From contig CBDCTH010000012.1 in NCBI GenBank assembly GCA_965222155.1, forward strand, positions 256,001 to 320,000: a stretch of DNA of 64,000 nucleotides, given 5' to 3'. The notes under the pieces were generated by a model. The model ran no database searches. It was not told where the DNA came from and worked only from the letters and a program-made list of their open reading frames with translations. Position numbers and translations under genes: made by a program. The stretch is from Gammaproteobacteria bacterium. Its GTDB lineage: Bacteria; Pseudomonadota; Gammaproteobacteria; Eutrophobiales; Eutrophobiaceae. Numbering within the stretch: the first letter of the stretch is position 1; each line of letters begins with the position of its first letter. Of this stretch, positions 20,278 to 28,508 are shown one piece after another.

Positions 20278-21958
20278 GGCTGCGCCCGTCGGCCTGTGGA
20301 TAGAAGCGCGCCGCCTGTTCAGGGGTGACAAAACCATTTCTCAAATCGTCGCGAACCTTATCCGCTGGACGTTCTGCAGGGTTACCGAAGCCGCCTCCCG
20401 TCGCTGAATACAGCCGGGCCACTTCATTCTCTCTCACCGCAAGGGCTGTCGCCATGCTGTGGCGCTCAACCGAACCGTCTGTCCGCAGGATTTCGGCATA
20501 GTTGAGGCTGCCTTCCCGCCCGCCCTGCAGACCCCAGGGCCGGGACCGGGTGCGTGAAAAAGCAATCGTCAGAAAAGCGTCACCGTGGGTGACCCGGTAA
20601 TCCAACACAACGCCCTTGCCTCCACGGAGTTTCCCTTCACCGCCCGGTTCGGTATGGAAAGCGTACTGATCCACTTGCAGACCATAACGCGCTTCGGTCA
20701 ATTCGACCGGTATGTTGAAGGTCTCTCCGTTGCCGCAGCAGAACATGCCGTTGATACCGTCCGCATCGGGCGCGGCGCCCCAGCCGCCCATTAACGGTTC
20801 ACCCAAAATGTAAAGTTCCCCCGTATCCGGATGACGCCCCGAAATAAAGGTGCTGCCGACAGTGCGTTTATGACCTGCAGGCAGGTGGTTCGGCGCGATG
20901 GGCGCCAGTGCTTTCCAGACGACGTCTATGGCGGCGATCAGCGACTCGAAATACAGTGACACCGGCGCCGGCGATTCGGCGGTAAGCAGGGTGCCGGGTG
21001 GGCAGATGATCTCCAGAGGACGAAACGCGCCGCCATTGGCAGGGATGTCCGGATTGGTGACCGCCTTGAAGACACAGCGCACGCCGGTGAGCAGTCCCGC
21101 ATGGGAGCAGTTGATCGGCCCAGGCGCCTGCGCCGATGTGCCGCTGAAATCTGCGATGAAGCGGCCGCCTTTCAGAGTGACGGCAACCTTTATGGTAAAC
21201 GGCCCGTTGCCGAGTCCGTCTTCCTCGATGACGTCTTCCGCCGTATACTCACCCTCAGGCAATTTAAGCAATTCCAGGCGCGTCATGCGCTCACCGTAGT
21301 CCAACAGTTCTTCCATCGCGGCCAGTACCGCGACCTGGCCGTATTTGCCGATCAGGTTTTCGATGCGGCGCGCGCCGACCCGGGCTGCGGCGACGCCGGC
21401 ATGCATATCGCCCAGAGTGTCGTCCGGGAGCCGGACGTTTTCCCTGATCAGTTCGACCAGGGAAACATTGATCTCTCCCGCTTCATACAGTTTCAGGAAC
21501 CGGAAATGCAGTCCCTCCTGGAATATCTCGGTGGAACGGGTGGTCAGACTGCCGGTATCCATACCACCAATCTCTGTCCAGTGGGCCTTGTTGACGGTGA
21601 ACGCGACAATGCAGCCGTCATAAAAGACCGGCAATATTGTGACCACGTCAGGCAGATGGGTGCCGCCGCCCTGGTACGGGCTGTTGGTCAGAATGATATC
21701 TCCGGGGTGCAGGCCCGCGCCGCCGTCATAATGTTCAAGCGCGCCCCTGACTGCGCTGTCGAGAGAACCGAGAAAGGCCGTTACCCCGTTACCCTGGGCC
21801 AGAAGGTTACCCTGCGCATCTGTGGCGCCCACGGCATAATCCAGGGCCTCGTATATGATCGGACTCATGGAAGTACGTCGTAACGCCTCGAACATTTCAT
21901 CACCGACTGCCTGCAGGGTATCCTGGATGATGCTGGAGGTAAATTTGTCAATCGCCAT
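20270..21958 (-). CDS. Hydantoinase/5-oxoprolinase subunit B (copy 2)
   Basis: TSMSPIIYEALDY, THLPDV, AHWTEIGG, QEGL, GEGKLRGGKG, TGGGFGNP. Confidence 0.93.
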   Translation of the reverse strand: MAIDKFTSSIIQDTLQAVGDEMFEALRRTSMSPIIYEALDYAVGATDAQGNLLAQGNGVTAFLGSLDSAVRGALEHYDGGAGLHPGDIILTNSPYQGGGTHLPDVVTILPVFYDGCIVAFTVNKAHWTEIGGMDTGSLTTRSTEIFQEGLHFRFLKLYEAGEINVSLVELIRENVRLPDDTLGDMHAGVAAARVGARRIENLIGKYGQVAVLAAMEELLDYGERMTRLELLKLPEGEYTAEDVIEEDGLGNGPFTIKVAVTLKGGRFIADFSGTSAQAPGPINCSHAGLLTGVRCVFKAVTNPDIPANGGAFRPLEIICPPGTLLTAESPAPVSLYFESLIAAIDVVWKALAPIAPNHLPAGHKRTVGSTFISGRHPDTGELYILGEPLMGGWGAAPDADGINGMFCCGNGETFNIPVELTEARYGLQVDQYAFHTEPGGEGKLRGGKGVVLDYRVTHGDAFLTIAFSRTRSRPWGLQGGREGSLNYAEILRTDGSVERHSMATALAVRENEVARLYSATGGGFGNPAERPADKVRDDLRNGFVTPEQAARFYPQADGRSPT

Positions 21959-21994
21959 ACTTTAAAAATAACGGACATTATTAACTGCTGCAAG

Positions 21995-22073
21995 CTACCC
22001 GCAGGAGTAGGTCAAACGCATGATATGTGCCTGTCACGGGTAGCGGGTAAAGCCGTGCCACTCTTTCAGGTAG
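21995..22073. promoter_or_regulatory. Two palindromic operator boxes in the divergent subunit B2 / racemase promoter
   Basis: CTACCC-GCAG-GAGTAG (21995-22010) and CCACTC-TTTC-AGGTAG (22058-22073), each followed outward by CTTG. Confidence 0.62.
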
Positions 22074-22131
22074 CTTGCGCCGCTCCGGTATCTCTGGATA
22101 ACTGCCGGCATCAATCCAGGAGCAGGCAATC

Positions 22132-22974
22132 ATGCCCAACGATATGAATATAAAGGTGATGTACCTGAACCCGATAGGCAGCAGTGCCTACGACCGGATT
22201 TTTGCGGACATGATCCGGCAATACAAATATCCCGCGACGTGCGCGGACGTCGCCTCGATGGACCCGGCCAGCGTCCCACCCGGCATGAATAATCTGGAAT
22301 ACCGCAGCTATGAATCCTTCATCGTCAACGCTACGGTGAAGGCGGCGCGTTATGCGTCGGAACATGGCTATGACGCCATGGTGATAGGCTGTTTCTACGA
22401 CCCCGCTCTGCATGACGCCCGCGAGATCTCAGGCAACACCATCATCGTCGCACCCTGCCAGGCATCCATCGTCACGGCCTTGACCATTGCCAACAATTTC
22501 TCAATCATCACAGGAAAGACAAAATGGGAAACCCAGATGCGTCAAACCGTTTATGAATACGGATACAAGGACAAGCTGGCCTCCTTCCAGCCCGTTGACC
22601 TGCGGGTTGATGAATTTCACAAAGACCCGGACCAGACGCGCAAACGACTGCAAGCCGCCGCCGTGGAAGCAGTGCAGGTTCACAAGGCAGAATCCATCAT
22701 ACTTGGTTGTACCCTGGAAACCGGTTTTTACAGGGAACTTCAGGATTACCTGAACGGTCGAGAAGCATTTCCGGACGCAGGTATACCGGTTATCGACCCG
22801 TCGATTGCAGCCTTCAAGGCAGCGGAGAACGCGGCGTTATTGAAACAATATGGCTGGAAAAACAGCAGGTACGGGGGAATGCAGCCACCACCTGAAGATG
22901 AGTTGATGGCATTCAACCTGTTCCAGGAAGATTATAAATTCGGGAACGTCATCCACGTGCCGGCTACGGATTAG
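22132..22974 (+). CDS. Hydantoin racemase / Asp-Glu racemase superfamily protein
   Basis: YLNP; two catalytic-type cysteines in IGCFYDP and ILGCT; IPVIDP. Confidence 0.88.
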   Translation: MPNDMNIKVMYLNPIGSSAYDRIFADMIRQYKYPATCADVASMDPASVPPGMNNLEYRSYESFIVNATVKAARYASEHGYDAMVIGCFYDPALHDAREISGNTIIVAPCQASIVTALTIANNFSIITGKTKWETQMRQTVYEYGYKDKLASFQPVDLRVDEFHKDPDQTRKRLQAAAVEAVQVHKAESIILGCTLETGFYRELQDYLNGREAFPDAGIPVIDPSIAAFKAAENAALLKQYGWKNSRYGGMQPPPEDELMAFNLFQEDYKFGNVIHVPATD

Positions 22975-22988
22975 CCATCAATATTTGA

Positions 22989-23060
22989 GGTCAGAGTAAA
23001 AATTCCAGCGCTTATTGGGATCACGCTCTACAATTCACCGGAACTTTTACTCTGATCCCC
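22989..23060. repeat. REP-like inverted repeat family C (GGTCAGAGTAAAA...TTTTACTCTGATCC)
   Basis: About 13-bp arms around a roughly 45-nt spacer, between the racemase and fic genes. Confidence 0.65.
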
Positions 23061-23161
23061 TATATCTCGATATAATAGCGCAATATAAACTATTAATAAG
23101 TTGCGCATAACTGCGCAATATTGCATAATACCAGACAGAATCCATGCCAGGGGTCGGCTAA

Positions 23162-24289
23162 ATGTTGTCATTTACACCATGTAGCAGAATCGAGAAACAA
23201 CTTAAAACACTTCAAGGTTTACTGGTTGAAGCATACCGGAGCCTTGAAACAGCCACGACTGAAGAAAAAGACTTCCTGAAGAAATGTGCCTTGATAAGTA
23301 ATGTGGGGGCTACGACTCGGATCGAGAATGCAGTACTGACCGACGTGGAAATTGAGTGGGTGGATACAATATTATCGAAAGATGGTAAAACTACAGCCTA
23401 CCAGGAAAAAAAGGATTTCATAATTGACAAACTTTCAAAGAGCAGGGAAAGGAGTATTGAAGAAGTAATAGGCAGCCGAAGTGTGCTGACTACCATATAT
23501 CTTCAGGCCGAAGAGTTTAAACCGTTGACCCAGACCATAGTCCGGGGACTCCACCAGGAATTGCTCAAACATTATCCCCCCGCAGAGTATTTTGCAGGGA
23601 CCTATAAAACCGTAACAAATAAGGTTATCTCAAGAAACAATAAAACCGGCGAAGAACATACTGTCCTGGAACCCACCGACCCTGGGGTAATGACTGAGAC
23701 AGCTATGCGGGAACTGGTCGATTGGTATAACAAGACAATCGATACCTACCATTGGCCGATACTCGTGGCTATAGAGTTCACCTTTCGCTTTTTAGCAATA
23801 CACCCCTTCCAGGATGGAAACGGTCGGCTGGGCAGAGCCTTGTTCCTGTTGATACTTTTGCAGTCAGGCGATAAATACCTGGAAGAAATCGCATCTTATG
23901 TTGCGATTGACAGAAAAATTGAGCAGAACAAAAGCCAATATTACACTGTATTACATCAGTGCTCTGATGGTAAGTTCAGACCGGACGCAAAGTTGTACAA
24001 ATTCGATATTGTAGTGAGTTTCTTCCTGAAAATTTTTGAATCGGTACTGGCCGATATCGATATCTATCGAAAAAAATACGAAAATCTCCAGTTACTTTCT
24101 GAAGCAGCCGTTAAAGTCCTGGAGTGGTTTAAATCAAATCCGGAAAAAAGACTGAAAGTTGCCGACATTGAAAAAACGACCGAACTACCCAGACGCACAA
24201 TACAGTTTGCATTGAAAACCCTGACGGAAAAGACCTTTTTACAAAGGTTGGGTAAAGGCGCAGGAAGTAGATACCAGTTGATGTTTTAA
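23162..24289 (+). CDS. Fic family protein with C-terminal HTH
   Basis: Canonical HPFQDGNGRLGR motif; C-terminal winged HTH; more AT-rich than its neighbours. Confidence 0.92.
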   Translation: MLSFTPCSRIEKQLKTLQGLLVEAYRSLETATTEEKDFLKKCALISNVGATTRIENAVLTDVEIEWVDTILSKDGKTTAYQEKKDFIIDKLSKSRERSIEEVIGSRSVLTTIYLQAEEFKPLTQTIVRGLHQELLKHYPPAEYFAGTYKTVTNKVISRNNKTGEEHTVLEPTDPGVMTETAMRELVDWYNKTIDTYHWPILVAIEFTFRFLAIHPFQDGNGRLGRALFLLILLQSGDKYLEEIASYVAIDRKIEQNKSQYYTVLHQCSDGKFRPDAKLYKFDIVVSFFLKIFESVLADIDIYRKKYENLQLLSEAAVKVLEWFKSNPEKRLKVADIEKTTELPRRTIQFALKTLTEKTFLQRLGKGAGSRYQLMF

Positions 24290-24311
24290 TCCTTTAGTCT
24301 CATTGGCTGAA

Positions 24312-24579
24312 TCAAAACTGCTCTGCATCCAGGGCGCGTTTGATGATTGACTGGTTGACGTCGGTATCGGACAGTTCAGCTATCGTTTGGTTGATCTCGC
24401 CGATGAGTTCCCCGATAGCCTTGCCGTTGTCCCTGATGATCTTGCGGCCGACCAGGTCCTGTGCCTGGATGCTGCTGGTCCCTTCATAAATCGTCGTTAT
24501 CCGCGCATCCCGGAAGTGCTGCGCGGCGCCGGTTTCCTCGATATAGCCCATGCCGCCGTGTACCTGTATGCCCAGGGAA
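24312..24579 (-). pseudogene. Duplicated 3' fragment of the acyl-CoA dehydrogenase gene with an internal 297-bp deletion
   Basis: Near-identical to 25659-25682 joined to about 25972-26223. Confidence 0.9.
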
Positions 24580-24583
24580 AGGA

Positions 24584-24870
24584 TTACACCTTGCCGGAGT
24601 CGTCCGACAACTGAGCGTTGTCTGAACATCCGTGCCGGACTTTAAAAATCCATGGCGAACTGACTATAATCGACAAGCGCTTAGCACACGAGGTAGCGAC
24701 GTTAAGTCGATTCAGACTATACAAAAACTCCATTCCCCGAGGCGCATCTGCATGGCTTGACGCTCAATTGAATAGATCGCAATCGGCGCTTCCTGACCCT
24801 GGAATTTACCTACCGTACCCACCCTCGCTTCCGGGGGACGTTGTTGAATCTCAAAAACTTGCGCGTTATC
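24584..24870 (-). pseudogene. Frameshifted C-terminal fragment of an SF1 (UPF1-like / TM0106-type) helicase
   Basis: Manual translation gives NAQVFEIQQR.PEARVGTVGKFQGQEAPIAIYS, a frameshift, then SSHADAPRGMEFLYSLNRLNVATS.AK (AAA_12 motifs V and VI). Confidence 0.8.
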
Positions 24871-24909
24871 CTGAGTCAAACGAAACCCTAGGTTGTTGAA
24901 GAGGCCGGG

Positions 24910-25335
24910 TTACAACAGCTTGACCAGCGCAACAATCAGCCCGCCTTGGGCAATCAGCGCAGCAAACATCCATTTCAGCAGGTCGGATTTGACGGTGGCG
25001 ATATAGACCTGAATTTCCTGTCGTAAAATCTCAATATCCTTCCGGGTAGCCATCTCCTTTTGCATAGCCACAATCTCCTTCCGTACATCCACCATCTCCT
25101 TCTGTAAAGCAGCTACATCCTTCTGTAAAGAGGCTATGTCTTTGTGTATAGAGGCTACATCCTTCTGGGTAGCCATTTCCTTCTGTATGGTGGCTATATC
25201 GGCCTTCGTAGCGAGATTACTGTTGAGCAGGCTGACATGCTCATTAGCCAAGGCCTCGGCTTGTTTTTCGGTAAAGCCGCTTTGTGTCAGGTGCTTGACG
25301 AATTTATGGGTATCAAATGCGATGGCTTCGCTCAT
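24910..25335 (-). CDS. DUF1640 / CCDC90-like coiled-coil membrane-anchored protein
   Basis: FDTHKFVKHL..SGFTEKQAEAL head, ATKAD/ATQKD/ATRKD motifs, heptad stalk, LLKWMF..hydrophobic C-terminal anchor. ATG 25335. Confidence 0.85.
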   Translation of the reverse strand: MSEAIAFDTHKFVKHLTQSGFTEKQAEALANEHVSLLNSNLATKADIATIQKEMATQKDVASIHKDIASLQKDVAALQKEMVDVRKEIVAMQKEMATRKDIEILRQEIQVYIATVKSDLLKWMFAALIAQGGLIVALVKLL

Positions 25336-25658
25336 TAGGATGATTGTAGCTGGCAACCTCGCCGAATGCAATACCTGTGTTGAGAACACATAAACTGTCC
25401 GCATCTGTGTTAGGAACAAATAAAATGTTCGCTGTTGTAACACCTGGCTGCAGCAGGCAGGGGCAGGCGGTGCCACGATGGTTGGAACGTGACGCATCAC
25501 TATGCCTGGTATCGGCATGACGATAACCTGGATTCTAAGGTATGCGTTCGCCCTGACAATTGGGTGAAGTACACGTTACAGGCGGCGGGCGCCTGTGCGT
25601 TCGTCCCGGTGAAATCCGCGAGCATTATACGGGAATTGAATGTCCCCCGCTTTCAGTG

Positions 25659-27428
25659 TCAAAACTGCTCTGCATCCAGGGCCATGATTGACTCACTGCC
25701 TGCCTCGATGGTTGAGAAATATCCGCTGGTCCTGGGCAGGTAATGTTCGGCATAGAACCTTGCCGTTACGATTTTACCCCGATAAAAATCCTCACTTGAG
25801 GAAGCGGATTTTTCAGCCGCAATCAGCGCCGCCCGGGCCATTTGCCAGCCGCCGCAAACGTAACCCATGAGCATGAGAAAATTGAGCGCAATGGAACCCG
25901 GCGCATCGGGATCATCCCGGTAGTTCTGCAGTAACCAGTCCGTTGCCTGCGCCAGTTTTCCGGTCGCAGCGTCCAGGGCGTGTTTGATGGTCTTCTGGTT
26001 GACGTCGGTATCGGACAGTTCAGCTATCGTTTGGTTGATCTCGTCGATGAGTTCCCCGATAGCCTTGCCGTTGTCCCTGATGACCTTGCGGCCGACCAGG
26101 TCCTGGGCCTGGATGCCGCTGGTCCCTTCATAAATCGTCGTTATCCGCGCATCCCGGAAGTGCTGCGCGGCGCCGGTTTCCTCGATATAGCCCATGCCGC
26201 CGTGTACCTGTATGCCCAGGGAAGTGATGTCCTGGGCCAGCTCGGTGCACCAGGCCTTGATTACCGGGGTCAGCAGGGCAAATCTGTCACTGTGGTTGCC
26301 GGCGTTCGCAGAACGGTTTGTGTAATCGAGTGAGGCTGCGGTGACGTAGGCGACCGCGCGCATCGCCTCACAACCGGATTTCATCAGCATCAGCATGCGC
26401 CGCACGTCCGCGTGTTGTATGATCCTGGCGCGCCCGGGTTGCCCCGGAACCTTTCCCTGCTCACGCTCTTTCGCATAGTCCAATGCCTGTTGATAGGCGC
26501 GCTCGCTGATACTGAGGCCCTGGATGCCGACTGCCAGGCGAGCGTGGTTCATCATGGTGAACATGCAGGCTATGCCGTCATGCTTTGCGCCTACCAGGTA
26601 TCCGGCAGCGCCACTGTTATCACCATAGCTCATGACGCAGGTCGGACTGCTGTGGATACCCAGTTTATGCTCGATGGAAACCGGGTAGACGTCGTTGCGA
26701 CCGCCGGTTGAACCGTCTGCGTTGACCAGGTACTTGGGCACCAGGAACAGGCTGATACCCCTAATTCCCGGCGGTGCGTCGGGCAGACGGGCCAGAACCA
26801 GATGGAGGATGTTGTCCGTGAAGTTATGGTCTCCCCAGGTGATAAAGATTTTCCGGCCGGATAACAGGTAAGTATCGCCATTGGGGACAGCCCTGGTTTT
26901 TATCTCGGCCAAATCGGAGCCTGCCTGCGGTTCCGTCAGGTTCATGGTCCCGGCCCATTCTCCCGAAACCAGCTTCGGCAGGAAAATTGCCTTAAGATCA
27001 TGAGAACCATGTATACCAAGAGCGACTGCGCAGCCTTCCGTCAGCATGGGACACAAGGCAAAAGCCATGTTGGCGGATTGCCAGATTTCATTGGCCGCCG
27101 CCGCCACCAGTTCCGGCAATCCCTGTCCCCCGAATTCAGGCTCGAATGGCAGTGCCGGCCAGCCGCCTTCCACAAACGCCTGGTAGGCGTCACTGAACCC
27201 TTGTGGGGGGATGACCTTGGCGTCTTTAAAGTCGGCGCCGGCGATGTCTCCGGACCGATTAAGCGGCGCAAGCATTGCACCGGCGAATTTTGCCGCTTCC
27301 TCCAGTACCGCGTCCACGGTATCTTCCGTTGCATCTTCAAGCCCCGGCAGTTGATTGACGGCAGGCAGTCCTGCCAGTTCATTAAGTACAAAGCGCATAT
27401 CGCGGATGGGGGCAGCGTAATTATTCAT
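25659..27428 (-). CDS. Acyl-CoA dehydrogenase (DmdC-like subfamily)
   Basis: [54 protein letters not shown]. Confidence 0.94.
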   Translation of the reverse strand: MNNYAAPIRDMRFVLNELAGLPAVNQLPGLEDATEDTVDAVLEEAAKFAGAMLAPLNRSGDIAGADFKDAKVIPPQGFSDAYQAFVEGGWPALPFEPEFGGQGLPELVAAAANEIWQSANMAFALCPMLTEGCAVALGIHGSHDLKAIFLPKLVSGEWAGTMNLTEPQAGSDLAEIKTRAVPNGDTYLLSGRKIFITWGDHNFTDNILHLVLARLPDAPPGIRGISLFLVPKYLVNADGSTGGRNDVYPVSIEHKLGIHSSPTCVMSYGDNSGAAGYLVGAKHDGIACMFTMMNHARLAVGIQGLSISERAYQQALDYAKEREQGKVPGQPGRARIIQHADVRRMLMLMKSGCEAMRAVAYVTAASLDYTNRSANAGNHSDRFALLTPVIKAWCTELAQDITSLGIQVHGGMGYIEETGAAQHFRDARITTIYEGTSGIQAQDLVGRKVIRDNGKAIGELIDEINQTIAELSDTDVNQKTIKHALDAATGKLAQATDWLLQNYRDDPDAPGSIALNFLMLMGYVCGGWQMARAALIAAEKSASSSEDFYRGKIVTARFYAEHYLPRTSGYFSTIEAGSESIMALDAEQF

Positions 27429-27578
27429 TATTTAATACTTCCGGTTAACTGATTAAAACTGTTACTGATAATTAACGGAACGATCCCGGATATCAGTAAT
27501 CCCAGGTGCAGAGACGCGTCATCGTAATAGCGTGTCCCTATTGTAACAACGGGTACAACTCCTGGTGAAAAATGCCAG

Positions 27579-28508
27579 TCAGTACAAACGGCCGGCATAT
27601 TTTTCCTTGAACTGGCCACAGCTTTGAATAAGGGCATGGGTGGTGTTGGGCATCGGGACCCGGTAATTGGTCAAGTCCTCAATCAGCGTGCCACAACGGT
27701 GGAAGATATCGATTCCGCGTTTCCCCAGGGCATGTTCGCGCCGGGTTGCGTCCTCACTCAGCCTGGGCTTGCAGTCGGTAACCTGTTCGGAGGCGCTGAC
27801 AAACCGCGGCCAGATTTCAATTATGGCCGGATCGCTGCGCATTGTCTCCATGGTATATTTGGCGCTGATGGCCAGCTCCTCAATAAGGCTTATCAGATTC
27901 CTGAACATTGGCGACCTGGCAAAGACTTCATTCATTTTGTCGGTGAGCTGATCGATTTCCCGCATGGTTTGCGCAATCTTGATATAGCGGCTTTCCAGAA
28001 AGCGTTCAACAGGCGTGGTGAAGGCCCTGAAAGGTTCCCCCCAGAGCTCTTCCAGTCCCTCCCTGCCGTGTTTAACTCTAATGTATTTCCCGTATTCAAG
28101 CGCGCCCATGAAACAAAGACCGCATTCTCGCAGCAATTCATTATCCGGCTTGATGGTAACGCCAATCTGTTCCAACTCGACGACGCGGCTCAGGATATCA
28201 GCGCCGCGGTTCAGCAAGGCGCCGGCCAGCATGGCAGCCAGTACGCGTTTTCTTGATGCGTTTTCTTCCGACTCATACCTGCGCCGGACTTCTTCGAGTT
28301 TGTTGCCTGGGGTATTTATTCCGGGTTCTACGTGATGAAAGACCCGGCGGGTCAACTGGTCGATGAGGGACTTTTTATAGGCGAGGTTGTTCGGTACATC
28401 GTAATAGCGGATCCAGTAACCGTCGAAATAGATGCGTTCTTGTCCGCCTATTTCGCTGATTGTGCCGTTAGCGACTTCTTGAAGCATACTAACCGGAGGG
28501 GAGGTCAA
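27579..28508 (-). CDS. Hypothetical protein directly downstream of shc
   Basis: 309-aa natural-looking ORF (RIYFDGYWIRYY, VFHHVEPGINTPG, ELWGEPF). The ORF overlaps the shc stop; the true start may be ATG at about 28487. Confidence 0.75.
   Translation of the reverse strand: MTSPPVSMLQEVANGTISEIGGQERIYFDGYWIRYYDVPNNLAYKKSLIDQLTRRVFHHVEPGINTPGNKLEEVRRRYESEENASRKRVLAAMLAGALLNRGADILSRVVELEQIGVTIKPDNELLRECGLCFMGALEYGKYIRVKHGREGLEELWGEPFRAFTTPVERFLESRYIKIAQTMREIDQLTDKMNEVFARSPMFRNLISLIEELAISAKYTMETMRSDPAIIEIWPRFVSASEQVTDCKPRLSEDATRREHALGKRGIDIFHRCGTLIEDLTNYRVPMPNTTHALIQSCGQFKEKYAGRLY

Noticed and set aside
24618-24899. 93-aa plus-strand ORF
   Set aside because: It is antisense to a recognisable helicase remnant.
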